The position numbers and the translations under genes are program-made. The notes beneath the pieces were generated by a model, which did no database searches, was not told the origin of the DNA, and saw only the letters and a program-made list of their open reading frames with translations. From contig CAZUKH010000001.1 in NCBI GenBank assembly GCA_964620955.1, forward strand, positions 124,593 through 188,592: a DNA stretch of 64,000 nucleotides. Direction: 5' to 3'. Origin of the DNA: an uncultured Candidatus Saccharibacteria bacterium. Its GTDB lineage: Bacteria > Patescibacteriota > Dojkabacteria > J137. Below are positions 1 through 9,315 of this stretch, one piece after another. Within the stretch, counting starts at the first letter, position 1, and the number at the start of each line of letters is the position of its first letter.

Positions 1-638
1 AAGGAGCTTTCAACGTTAGAAGAATAAACTATAGGAGTAACATAAAAAACAAAAGACAAAAATACGCCAAATATTCTTGTAATATCTGGTGCAACTACAT
101 TAATTACAGAAAAGATAAGTCCAAGGCCTGCCCCAAGAAAAAATAGTGGCAAAATTACAATTGGGAAAAAAATAATCTGCCAAGGAATTACAACCCCAAA
201 TAGAATTAAAACTACAATGTTTAATACAAATGTTATTACAAAGTTTGCAAGGTGCTGCGCAACTTGTTTAACAAGTAAAACTTCATGTGGATATTTAACC
301 TGATTTATAAAACCAACCCCTGCCTCAAGAGTACCCTGAGCTGCCGTATAAAAACCCATGAATAATCCCCAAAGTGATGACCCTAGAAGAACATACGGTA
401 AATATGGTATGTCTATGTTACCCGGAGAAAGAATACCAGTAAGATTTAATAAAACCCAAGAAACTACACCTATTAGTGGAGAAATTAAAATCCAGCTAAA
501 CCCAATAAAGGATTTTTTATACGCCATTAAAAAATCACGACGAAATAGCTGCCAAATTAACTCTTTAGACTTAATAATGTTTTTGGCTATTACAACCCAG
601 GTTTTAAAAAAACCAATCTTTTGCCTTTCATTTGGCAT
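1..638 (-). CDS. ABC-2 type polysaccharide/teichoic-acid export permease (Wzm/TagG/KpsM-like), C-terminus truncated by the window edge
   Basis: Reverse-strand translation from the ATG at 636-638 gives MPNERQKIGFFKTWVVIAKNIIKSKELIWQLFRRDFLMAYKKSFIGFSWILISPLIG..., with multiple TM helices. The N-terminal ELIWQLxxRDxxxxYKxS motif is typical of ABC-2 permeases. The + strand ORF 358..642 is antisense to it. Confidence 0.7.
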   Translation of the reverse strand, partial: MPNERQKIGFFKTWVVIAKNIIKSKELIWQLFRRDFLMAYKKSFIGFSWILISPLIGVVSWVLLNLTGILSPGNIDIPYLPYVLLGSSLWGLFMGFYTAAQGTLEAGVGFINQVKYPHEVLLVKQVAQHLANFVITFVLNIVVLILFGVVIPWQIIFFPIVILPLFFLGAGLGLIFSVINVVAPDITRIFGVFLSFVFYVTPIVYSSNVESS

Positions 639-695
639 GTAGATTGTATATTCGTCCATAAATATGCTTGTTTTACAACTAAAATTATAACATCG

Positions 696-1688
696 TTAAG
701 ATTCGTTCATTTCAAACAACGTTTTTACAAGTTGGTTTCCTTTAATAGTTGCCTTCCAACCTGTCGCCTTTAAAAGTTTATCAGTTTTTATTTGTATACT
801 ACTAACATCTGATGGTCTATAAAACTCTTTTGATACCTGTACTAATTTTTTCCCATTTTTTTTATTAATGGCATTTTCGTTTACGCCTTGCTCTCTCCAT
901 TCAATATCCACCTCAACTTCGTTAAAAGCAAATTCTATAAATTTTCTTAAGCTAAAGGTAAGCCCTGTTGCAACAATGTAGTCGTCAGGTTTTTTTAGCC
1001 GCATAATTTCGTATGCTGCTTGTACAAATTCTTGGGCATATCCCCAATCTCTCTCGACATTTAGGTTTCCAACCATTAGTGGATCAATACTTTGATCTAG
1101 CGCATAAGCTTTTACGTAGTCAATGATTTTCTTTGTAATAAATTTTGAGTCACGAAGGTGAGACTCATGATTACTAAAAATTGCATTGGAAACAAATATT
1201 CCTAAAGATTGGCGAACAGCTCTGGTATACAAGTACGCAGATGTTTTTGATATAGCGTAAGGGTTTCCTGGATTTAACGGGAAACTTTCATCAATAAAAT
1301 CACCCGAACAATCCCCGTAAATTTCTACAGACGATGCTTGAAGTAACTTTATGTTTTTCCCATTGCAGAGTTGTAGCAAGTCAATAAGTTGCATTAAATT
1401 TATTTCGAATGTTTCTTTGGGTATTTCCCAGCTTTTACCAACACTTGATTGGCCTGCCAAGTTATATATTTGAAGTCCATCTTGCAATATCCTGGGCAAT
1501 TCGGCTTTAGTTACTTTAACTATTTGTGACTCATTTATACTTAGTTTTGAAAAATTATCGAAGTTATCAAATGCCGAATTGCCCACGAGCAAACCATAAA
1601 CTCTGTATCCTTTTTCCAAGAGTAGTTTAGTTAAAAAAGCTCCATCCTGACCCGTAATTCCTGTTATTAAAGCTGATTTATTTGCCAT
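696..1688 (-). CDS. GDP-mannose 4,6-dehydratase paralog (short-chain dehydrogenase/reductase, SDR, superfamily; possibly the reductase/bifunctional partner)
   Basis: N-terminus [14 protein letters not shown] (Gmd hallmark), [9 protein letters not shown], YAISK (Y-x3-K). Divergent from the adjacent Gmd. Confidence 0.75.
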   Translation of the reverse strand: [330 protein letters not shown]

Positions 1689-1702
1689 TTTTATTAAGTT
1701 AG

Positions 1703-2722
1703 CTACTTTTCTGTTTTTCTAACCAATTCTCTGTCTGCTTCAACCATTATTCTTACAAGCTCATCAATATCTGTTTTTGGCTCCCAACCTAGTTTGTTTT
1801 TAGCCTTTGCACTATTTCCTCTTAAATACTTTAAGTCTGAAGGCCTCTTAAATCTATCATCCATTTGTACATGATTTGACCAGTCTTTAATACCAATTAC
1901 CGCAAAAGCTTTTGTAAGGAAATCTTCTATGCTGTAAGTGCTCCCAGTTGCAATTACAAAATCTTCCGGATTTTCTTGCTGAAGCATAAGCCACATCATT
2001 TCAACATAGTCTTTAGCAAAACCCCAATCTCTTTTGGAGTCAAGGTTCCCAAATTTCACAATCGAATCCTTTAACAAAGGTTCTTTTTCCTCGTTACAAA
2101 CTTTTGAAGTTTTTATACCTTCGGCAATACAAGCTACAGCATAAGATATTTTTCGTGTGACAAATTCATGGCCTCTTCTTGGCGACTCATGATTAAAAAG
2201 AATGCCCGAGCAGGCAAAAGTACCAAAACTTTCACGGTAATTTTGAGTCATATGATGTGCATAAAGTTTTGCAATTGCATAAGGGCTAGTAGGAATCATC
2301 TTTGTATTTTCATCTAAAAACTCTTCTGGGTTGTTGCCATACATCTCGCTCGAAGAAGCTTGATAAAATTTCGCATCAGGCTTATGGTTTCTTACAGCCT
2401 CAAGCATTCTTACTGCACCTAGTCCTGTAACTTCTGCAGTTAATATTGGTTGAGGCCAGCTTGACTTCACGAATGATTGGGCTGCAAGGTTATATACTTC
2501 GTTTGGCTGAAAATCTATAACTGCTCTATCCAAAGAACCTTGATCCAATAAATCCCCATCGTAGATTTTTACTTTTCCCCTAATTCCTTCAATATAGTGT
2601 GTGTTGGGTACGCTAAGTCTTCTTACAATTCCTGCCACCTCATAGCCTTTTGCTATTAAAAACTCTGCAAGGTAAGATCCATCCTGCCCTGTTATACCTG
2701 TTATAAGTGCTTTTTTTGACAT
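1703..2722 (-). CDS. gmd: GDP-mannose 4,6-dehydratase
   Basis: [50 protein letters not shown]. Canonical Gmd signatures. Confidence 0.9.
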   Translation of the reverse strand: [339 protein letters not shown]

Positions 2723-2825
2723 ATAGTAAATATTTAATCTTTTGAGCTACAATTTATCATCTAAACTAATTCCGCTCAACTTTTTAAATATTGTCAAAGA
2801 TAAAATCTCCAGCTAGAATGTAGGT

Positions 2826-5471
2826 ATGTATATTCAAAGACGATTTTTGTTATTAACTGTTATTCTCCTGACTATTGCAAGCTTTGCACTTGTGATTACT
2901 GGGCCTGCATATGCTCAGGAAGAGCCAACAAGCAGCCTCGATGTGACTTCTTTTCTTACAAGCCAAGAATTTAGTGTTGACATAAACCCTGATGCTCTAG
3001 CATATGCATTTGAGTGGAATAAAGGTGGTTATTTTGAGTTTAAGACGAATGGCTCTGTGAATGAATACGAACATATCGAAGAGATGACTGATGGGCCTGA
3101 GAACTTATCAAACAAATCCATATCGGAACTTTACTATATTAATGAAAGTGAAACACAAATATTTATTAAAAACTCTTCTGCATCGGAACTTAAAATAAAA
3201 TGGGTTTGGTTAACTCAGCCCCAAAAAGACAAGGGAGATCAAAGGATATCCTCAAATAACCTAACTAACCCTACCCACGTTAACCTGGATTCAGGCGCTA
3301 ATTATTCAACACTTCCGATTGTTTCACGAAGCATGTGGGGAGCCAACGAAGAATCCTCTTCTGTTTGGCCACCAGAGTATAAAGCAGTAGAAAGATTTAT
3401 TATTCATCATACAGTCATTACCAATTCCAACTTCATGACTGCAGTTCAGCTTATTTATAACTACCATACTTATACAAATGGATGGGGTGATATAGGCTAC
3501 AATTATTTAATTGACCCTAATGGGGTAATTTATGAAGGCAGGAAAGGTGGAGATAATGCTATAGGTGCGCATGCATATATGCAAAATGGACGCTCAATGG
3601 GTATTTCGTTTATTGGAGACTTTTCTTATGTTCTTCCATCTAATACTGCACTTGCAAGTTTTAGAAGTTTTATTGCCGAAAAGTCCATTTTGCATGGTAT
3701 ACCACTTGTTTGGGGGGAAACAGTTTTTGGCCATAGAGATATGCCGGAGAATTCGACAGCATGTCCTGGGAACGCCTTTTATGCAGCACTCCCAACAATT
3801 ATTTCCGAAGCAAATTCAGTTAGAGCCAATTTATCTTCCGGAACTTTGAGTCAGGCATATGCAAGTATGATTAACAATACTAATAATTACTACGATAACA
3901 GGTTAACTATTAAATTTGTGAATTCTCAATTAACTGAGAACGAAGCTTTAGCCTTACTCCCCAAAAACAGTGGCATTACTGATGTTGATTATGCTAATGG
4001 AGAAGCATTTATTACATTTGAAAGCTTTACATGGTATGGAGGCGAATACTTTGATGATACTCTAGATAGAGTAAAATTCGCCTATTTGATTTTTCTTTTA
4101 GACCCAAACATTCAAAGTATTGAACTAGCTCCTGAAGGGCCTTATGATTATGGAGATGCACCCGAAACCTATTCAACATCTACTGCATCACATTTAAGAA
4201 CAGCACAAAGCCCTTACTTTGGAAGCGGGGTTGATGGTGAAGAGTCTGCTTTGGTAGATACAGCTGCTACAGGAGATGATAATAGAAGAACCACAGCCCT
4301 TGCAGATGATGAAGATGGCGTAAGTTACACAGAGCTTAGAGGAGGGTTTACAGGTAATATAACTCTTTCGATTGGAGCTGCTGGGTATGTAAAGCTATGG
4401 GTAGATTTTGGCAATGATGGTACTTTTGCAGAGGCTTCAGACAAAGTATACGACGGCTACCTTGAAATAGGACTTCATGAAGTTGATGTAGCTGTACCTC
4501 AAACAATAAGCCAAGGAACCACATTTGCTAGAGCGAGAATAAGCAGTCAAAATACATTTAGTTACAATGATGCAGCTATTGATGGGGAGGTTGAAGATAT
4601 TAGAGTTTGGATTCATGAATGGTCAGACCTTTTTGACTCTGTGGGAAATACAAATCAGCCTGTTGCTACTCAAAAGTTTGGAGACAAATACTTCCAGGTG
4701 CTTTCGTCTAATACTTGGCCATACGTGATTTATGTTAGAAACTCAAGTGACGGACATAACTGGACTCAGTGGAGTGCTGAGTTAAACGGCTACAGTCACA
4801 GAGAACCATCACTAGCAATATTCCAGAATAGGCTTTATTTGTCGGTTTCAGGGACTGATAATAGAATTTATACCAAATCTATGGACATGGGTGGTACATG
4901 GGATAGCAAATGGGCCGAGACTGGCGGGACAACACTTGAAGGTGTTGGAATTGGAAGTGGGAACCTAAATGGTACAGAAATGCTTTTTCAAATAGTTAAG
5001 AGTAGTAACGATACAAATATTTACGTTCGACAAACTAAAGATGGAGTTTTTGATTACAATTCACCCGAAGAAAAGTGGAAAATCTTTGGAGGATTTACTA
5101 ATAAAAAGCCATCCTTATCTTCAATTAATGGAAAGTTAATTGCCACAGTAGCAGGTACGGATAGTAGAATTTACTTACGAACATCGATAGATGGTGTTAA
5201 CTGGTCTAACTGGGCTGAAAAGGGTGGGCTTACTTTTGAGGCGCCAGTAATTAGTTTAGAAAATAATCTTCTTTACCAAACTGTTAAAAGCATTGAAGAC
5301 AATTCTTTGTATTATAGGTCTACTTCCGACCTGCAAAACTGGACACCCTGGAAACAAATAAAAATCAACGCAGATAAGGCAGGGGCAATCATAATTTCTA
5401 ATAGCGTTCTTGGCATATACGTGCCTTCGGGCAGCTTGCTAAGGTATTCTACTTCGGTAAAATCTCTTTAG
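2826..5471 (+). CDS. Secreted multidomain protein: signal peptide + N-acetylmuramoyl-L-alanine amidase (PGRP/Amidase_2) + GEVED domain + BNR/sialidase-like beta-propeller repeats
   Basis: Signal peptide MYIQRRFLLLTVILLTIASFALVITGPAYAQ. Amidase_2 signatures: IIHHT, DIGYNYLIDPNGVIYEGR, GAHA, C-terminal ACPG. GEVED signature: YDYGDAPETY ... FGNDGTF. Repeated S-x-D-G-x-x-W motifs (SSDGHNWTQW, SMDMGGTWDSKW, SIDGVNWSNW, STSDLQNWTPW). Confidence 0.8.
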   Translation: MYIQRRFLLLTVILLTIASFALVITGPAYAQEEPTSSLDVTSFLTSQEFSVDINPDALAYAFEWNKGGYFEFKTNGSVNEYEHIEEMTDGPENLSNKSISELYYINESETQIFIKNSSASELKIKWVWLTQPQKDKGDQRISSNNLTNPTHVNLDSGANYSTLPIVSRSMWGANEESSSVWPPEYKAVERFIIHHTVITNSNFMTAVQLIYNYHTYTNGWGDIGYNYLIDPNGVIYEGRKGGDNAIGAHAYMQNGRSMGISFIGDFSYVLPSNTALASFRSFIAEKSILHGIPLVWGETVFGHRDMPENSTACPGNAFYAALPTIISEANSVRANLSSGTLSQAYASMINNTNNYYDNRLTIKFVNSQLTENEALALLPKNSGITDVDYANGEAFITFESFTWYGGEYFDDTLDRVKFAYLIFLLDPNIQSIELAPEGPYDYGDAPETYSTSTASHLRTAQSPYFGSGVDGEESALVDTAATGDDNRRTTALADDEDGVSYTELRGGFTGNITLSIGAAGYVKLWVDFGNDGTFAEASDKVYDGYLEIGLHEVDVAVPQTISQGTTFARARISSQNTFSYNDAAIDGEVEDIRVWIHEWSDLFDSVGNTNQPVATQKFGDKYFQVLSSNTWPYVIYVRNSSDGHNWTQWSAELNGYSHREPSLAIFQNRLYLSVSGTDNRIYTKSMDMGGTWDSKWAETGGTTLEGVGIGSGNLNGTEMLFQIVKSSNDTNIYVRQTKDGVFDYNSPEEKWKIFGGFTNKKPSLSSINGKLIATVAGTDSRIYLRTSIDGVNWSNWAEKGGLTFEAPVISLENNLLYQTVKSIEDNSLYYRSTSDLQNWTPWKQIKINADKAGAIIISNSVLGIYVPSGSLLRYSTSVKSL

Positions 5472-5979
5472 TAAATTTTTCCATACTTATAAAATCGTAG
5501 TAAGTATCGTTGATTTTAAGCTCCTTAGATAACTGCCCACATTTGTAAAACCCAAACTTTTCGTAAATGCTAATTGCTTTTTTTTGACTTGAAGTTACTG
5601 TTAAATTAACTTTTTCAATATGGCTTTCGTTTTTAATAATTTGAAGTGCTTTTTTTAAAAGCTTTATTGACATACCTTTACCTCTACTTTTAGGTTCTAC
5701 GTAAACCCATACTATTGTTGCTACATGTTTTTGCCGTGCTTTGGCTCCAAATAAAACACCTGTCATAGCAACTGGGTTTTTATTCTTATCAATACCAAAA
5801 AGCATAATTGAGTCTTTACCGAGCAAATAGTTTTGCAGGTAGTTTTGCCACCAGTAGTCAGATGCATGAAAATACTCTTCATAGCTTACAGTAAAAGCTT
5901 CGGGGTCAGTTTTTAAAGCTTTAAGCATAAACTCTTTTAAAGCAAAAAAATGAGAGCTGTTAACTTTAACAATTTTCAT
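5449..5979 (-). CDS. GNAT family N-acetyltransferase
   Basis: Acetyl-CoA binding motif (R/Q-x-x-G-x-G/A) around VEPKSRGKGMSIKLLKKAL. About 176 aa, typical GNAT size. TAATG overlap with the upstream GT4 gene. Confidence 0.75.
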   Translation of the reverse strand: MKIVKVNSSHFFALKEFMLKALKTDPEAFTVSYEEYFHASDYWWQNYLQNYLLGKDSIMLFGIDKNKNPVAMTGVLFGAKARQKHVATIVWVYVEPKSRGKGMSIKLLKKALQIIKNESHIEKVNLTVTSSQKKAISIYEKFGFYKCGQLSKELKINDTYYDFISMEKFTKEILPK

Positions 5980-7190
5980 TAGAGCTTGTTTTTTATATGA
6001 AAGCAGTCTTTAACGAGTGCTTCGTATCGTGGAAAAACAGCTTCCCAAGTAAATCTTTTGGCAAATTGAATATTGTTCTCCCTTATTTTTTGTAAATCAT
6101 TAAAGTTTGAAACAATTTCAATAATACATTGAGAAAGGGCTTTAATATCAGCGAAATTGTATGATTTCCCTGTCTTTTCTGTAATTAGCAAATCTACTGC
6201 TTCATTTTGATTAGTTGTAATTATTGCATTACCCTTCGCCATTGCTTCAAGTAAAACAATACCTGTTGCCTCCCATTTACTTGGCAAAATATTTATTTGC
6301 GATTCCTCGTAAAAAACTCTGTCGCGCTCTTCATCGCTTGGTGAATATATAAATTTTACCTTTTCTTCAAGATTTAATTGTTCTATCAAAGATTTTAGCT
6401 TTGCTGTGTAGCCTCCCGGTCTACCCATTATGTAAAATCTCAATGATTCAAAAATCTTGACTTGCTTCCTTCGAATTATTTCTAAAGCTTGCAATACATC
6501 TTGAATACCTTTGTACCACTCCATTCTGTTCATAAATGTTATTACAACTGGCTCATGCTTTAAATGTTCGTAGGGTTTTTGGGCAATGTACTCTTCATCA
6601 ATACCATTTGGTATAGTAAAGATCTTCTTTTCATCGATACCATAGTCTTTTGTCATCCAGTCTTTTTGCTTAGGAACAACTGCTACAATAACATCATATA
6701 TTTTTGGTATTAAAAACCGAAGAATGCGCGTGTAAAAGCTTTTTGCAAAACCTCTTAACCCCTTGGAATCGCCGAGCGCCATAAATGGTCCATGTGGGGT
6801 ATTTATAAATAGAGTTTTTTTTGCAAATAGCCTTTTTATTGATAAACATATTTCTACCCAAATAAATCCAAACCCCGACACATGAATAACATCAAACTTG
6901 CTGTTTAAAAGGCGTGTGAAAAGCCTGGGATAAACTCCCAAATATAAAGCCTCGTTAAACGCCCAATGCCTAATAATTTTTATTCCATTAAAATTTGCAT
7001 AAGGAGTTAATTTTTCATTACGGAACTTTATGTTTGTTGTATAAACCGTTACATCATGCCCTTGTTTTACCATTCTTCTTGCAAGGGCTAAAAAATTACT
7101 TTCAGCTCCGCCTTTAAATGGGTGAAATCGGGGGACTATATAAAGAACTTTGAGACTTGTGTTACTCTGGTTTTGTTGTGTGTTATTCAT
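5979..7190 (-). CDS. Glycosyltransferase family 4 (GT4)
   Basis: PRFHPFKGGAESNFLALARRMVKQGHDV near the N-terminus and EATGIVLLEAMAKGNAIITT (E-x7-E) near the C-terminus. Start placed at the internal MNNTQQ (7190) because the longer ORF to 7304 overlaps tatD. Confidence 0.75.
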   Translation of the reverse strand: MNNTQQNQSNTSLKVLYIVPRFHPFKGGAESNFLALARRMVKQGHDVTVYTTNIKFRNEKLTPYANFNGIKIIRHWAFNEALYLGVYPRLFTRLLNSKFDVIHVSGFGFIWVEICLSIKRLFAKKTLFINTPHGPFMALGDSKGLRGFAKSFYTRILRFLIPKIYDVIVAVVPKQKDWMTKDYGIDEKKIFTIPNGIDEEYIAQKPYEHLKHEPVVITFMNRMEWYKGIQDVLQALEIIRRKQVKIFESLRFYIMGRPGGYTAKLKSLIEQLNLEEKVKFIYSPSDEERDRVFYEESQINILPSKWEATGIVLLEAMAKGNAIITTNQNEAVDLLITEKTGKSYNFADIKALSQCIIEIVSNFNDLQKIRENNIQFAKRFTWEAVFPRYEALVKDCFHIKNKL

Positions 7191-8025
7191 CTTTTGAATG
7201 ATACTGCAGAAAGCCCATTGATTCAAATATGTCAGACACATTTGCAGGTTCGTTTGTAGTGCCTCGTTTTCCTTCTGGGGCAAGATATGGAGAGTCTGTT
7301 TCAAAATAAATATTTGATCTGTAGTAGTCTTCTGGTGTCGATAATTTCTTGCCAGTCAAAATTTTTTTGTATGTCTGCCTTAACTCTAAAGCATTTTTAA
7401 AAGTGATTATGCCATTTATTCCCAATCCCCACCCTGCGTCAAGAATCTTTACTGCTGTATTGTAATCTCCGGTGTAAGAATGAAAAACTCCTTTTGTATT
7501 ATATTTTTTTACTACTCTTAAACACTCTTCTTCGGCACCTCTAGAATGTATAGTTAACGGCAAATTTAATTCGGATGCTAGCTCAAGCTGAATCTCAAAA
7601 AGACGTTTTTGAAGTAGTTTTGATTTATTTTTAAATTCTGAAGATAAGTCTGAGTTATTTAACCAGTAGTAATCTAAGCCAGTTTCACCAATTCCAATTA
7701 CTTTTGAGCGGTTTTGTAGAATAATTTTTTTTAGAGATTCATAAGATTGTTGTAACATTTCATCTAAATCTAAGCCCATGAATAGTTCTGACCCTGGAAT
7801 GAAAACTTCAGGATCTATACCTATAAAACTTTTTACAATTTCAGATTCTATTGACATTGATTGTGTTGAAGTTTTTAAATTCACAGAAACATTCCAAATT
7901 TGTGATATATTTTTTGCTTTTGCTTTCGCAATCTGACTTTGAAGAATTTCTGGTGACTCGAAGGGCAAATGACAATGTGAATCTATTAGTCCTACGGGAT
8001 TCTTGAGTAGTTTGTATAAATCCAT
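7183..8025 (-). CDS. tatD: TatD family metal-dependent hydrolase/DNase
   Basis: IDSHCHL, GIGETGLDYYW, HSRGAEEE, HSYTGD, ETDSPYLAP. Conserved TatD motifs. Confidence 0.85.
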   Translation of the reverse strand: MDLYKLLKNPVGLIDSHCHLPFESPEILQSQIAKAKAKNISQIWNVSVNLKTSTQSMSIESEIVKSFIGIDPEVFIPGSELFMGLDLDEMLQQSYESLKKIILQNRSKVIGIGETGLDYYWLNNSDLSSEFKNKSKLLQKRLFEIQLELASELNLPLTIHSRGAEEECLRVVKKYNTKGVFHSYTGDYNTAVKILDAGWGLGINGIITFKNALELRQTYKKILTGKKLSTPEDYYRSNIYFETDSPYLAPEGKRGTTNEPANVSDIFESMGFLQYHSKDE

Positions 8026-8103
8026 GTGTCAATTATAATTCATTGAAGCCAGTTGTGCCAAAAAACCCTCGCAGTACAAACATTTGGAGATCGAACAAAA
8101 ATC

Positions 8104-8112
8104 TGCTAAAAT
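8104..8112 (+). promoter_or_regulatory. Extended -10 element (TGcTAAAAT) upstream of rpsT
   Basis: tgctaaaat lies about 28 nt upstream of the rpsT ATG. No clear -35. Confidence 0.35.
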
Positions 8113-8139
8113 CATCGAGCTAATTTGATACAATTATTT

Positions 8140-8400
8140 ATGGCAAATACAGCTTCAGCAAAAAAAGCAATAAGAGTTTCAGCACGAAACGCTGTTGTTA
8201 ATAAGAGGACTAAAGTTTCGTATAAGCACGCAAAAAAGCAAGTGCTAAAAGCAGTCGCAGAAGGTGACAAGAAAAAGGCTTTAAAGCTTTTGCCCCAAGC
8301 CTATAAGCAAATTGACAAAGCAGCAAAGAAGATATTGCATAAAAAAACTGCTGCGCGTTATAAATCCAGGCTTGCTGCTAAAGTTAATGCTGTTAAGTAA
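8140..8400 (+). CDS. rpsT: 30S ribosomal protein S20
   Basis: MANTASAKKAIRVSARNAVVNKR...KKTAARYKSRLAAKVNAV. Typical bS20. ATG at 8140 preferred over TTG at 8125. Confidence 0.9.
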   Translation: MANTASAKKAIRVSARNAVVNKRTKVSYKHAKKQVLKAVAEGDKKKALKLLPQAYKQIDKAAKKILHKKTAARYKSRLAAKVNAVK

Positions 8401-8442
8401 AGTTGGTGTTTGCTGGCATTAAATTAGTTACTTCTTTTGTAA

Positions 8443-8994
8443 GTGTCAAAATCATTTTTAAAACTTGTTGATTACGCAATTGTACCTGCAATCGCTATCA
8501 TTTTGGGCAAAATTGTTGGTATTGCAATTGTTTCTGCTGCATTAGGCATACCTGTTTCTTTAAGAGAGTATTCTGAGAGCATATTGAATGCTGCACCTTA
8601 CGTCCCTTTGCAAGATCTTTCTGTTGTTGCCTCATTTTCTGATTTAATTATGTTTGCCTTTTCTGCTGGAGTTTTTAGTTTTTCTATTTTTCAAGCAGTT
8701 TATTTGCATGATTCGCATATAAAACCGACTTTAGCGGTACGATTAATAAATAAAGGTTTATGGAGATTAATTCAAAATTCATATGAAATTTACCACTCCT
8801 CATTTGTTGGATTAATTTTTTTATGGCTTGCAACTATAGCAATAATAATAAATGCTGCAATTGGTTTAACATATGTGTGGGTCGTGGTAATTGCTGTGGT
8901 AATTTCATCTTTACTTAGCTTGATATTATTACAAGATGTTTACCGGGAAGTAGAAAATTTGCGAAAAAGTCCTGGTCAGTACAGTTGGGAATAA
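8443..8994 (+). CDS. Hypothetical membrane protein (GTG start)
   Basis: Long ORF with several hydrophobic helices. No recognised motif. Confidence 0.45.
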   Translation: MSKSFLKLVDYAIVPAIAIILGKIVGIAIVSAALGIPVSLREYSESILNAAPYVPLQDLSVVASFSDLIMFAFSAGVFSFSIFQAVYLHDSHIKPTLAVRLINKGLWRLIQNSYEIYHSSFVGLIFLWLATIAIIINAAIGLTYVWVVVIAVVISSLLSLILLQDVYREVENLRKSPGQYSWE

Positions 8995-9296
8995 CAAGTT
9001 TTACTATCTATTATTTTAAAAGCATGGACTCATCCGATAAAAAAGAACTATTAACCTTAAGGCTAAGTAATAAAAATCTTCAATCACAAGTTGATTTTGA
9101 AAATAGGTGGGTAAAAAAAATTTCAATACTAAGCATTACGTTAGTTTCAACTTTAATAGCCGGACTTATTCTAAACCTTGAAGATGTAGGCCGTCTGGTT
9201 GTTTTTGCGCTAAGTTCTACAGCTATAATAACGCTTTTAAAAATTGTACTTTTTCGAATAATCAAGATTGTGTTTAAACGCTTGAAGTCTTATTAG
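8985..9296 (+). CDS. Hypothetical small membrane protein
   Basis: 103-aa ORF with one TM segment (ISILSITLVSTLIAGLIL) and a basic C-terminus. Confidence 0.4.
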   Translation: MGITSFTIYYFKSMDSSDKKELLTLRLSNKNLQSQVDFENRWVKKISILSITLVSTLIAGLILNLEDVGRLVVFALSSTAIITLLKIVLFRIIKIVFKRLKSY

Positions 9297-9315
9297 GAAT
9301 AAGTAAAACTGGAAT

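Noticed and set aside
358-642. 94-aa + strand ORF
   Set aside because: It lies antisense to a much better ABC-2 permease reading frame on the - strand (ELIWQLFRRD motif, TM helices). Its composition is not protein-like.
3565-3849. 94-aa + strand ORF in an alternative frame inside the 881-aa secreted protein gene
   Set aside because: It is fully embedded in a gene with strong domain signatures. C/H/F-rich composition typical of an off-frame artefact.
7191-7304. N-terminal extension of the GT4 ORF overlapping tatD by ~120 nt
   Set aside because: The internal start MNNTQQ at 7190 sits exactly after the tatD stop. The extension has no GT4 homology, so it is likely an ORF-caller artefact.
7841-8032. 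63-aa - strand ORF overlapping the tatD 5' end
   Set aside because: Alternative frame within tatD. No motif.
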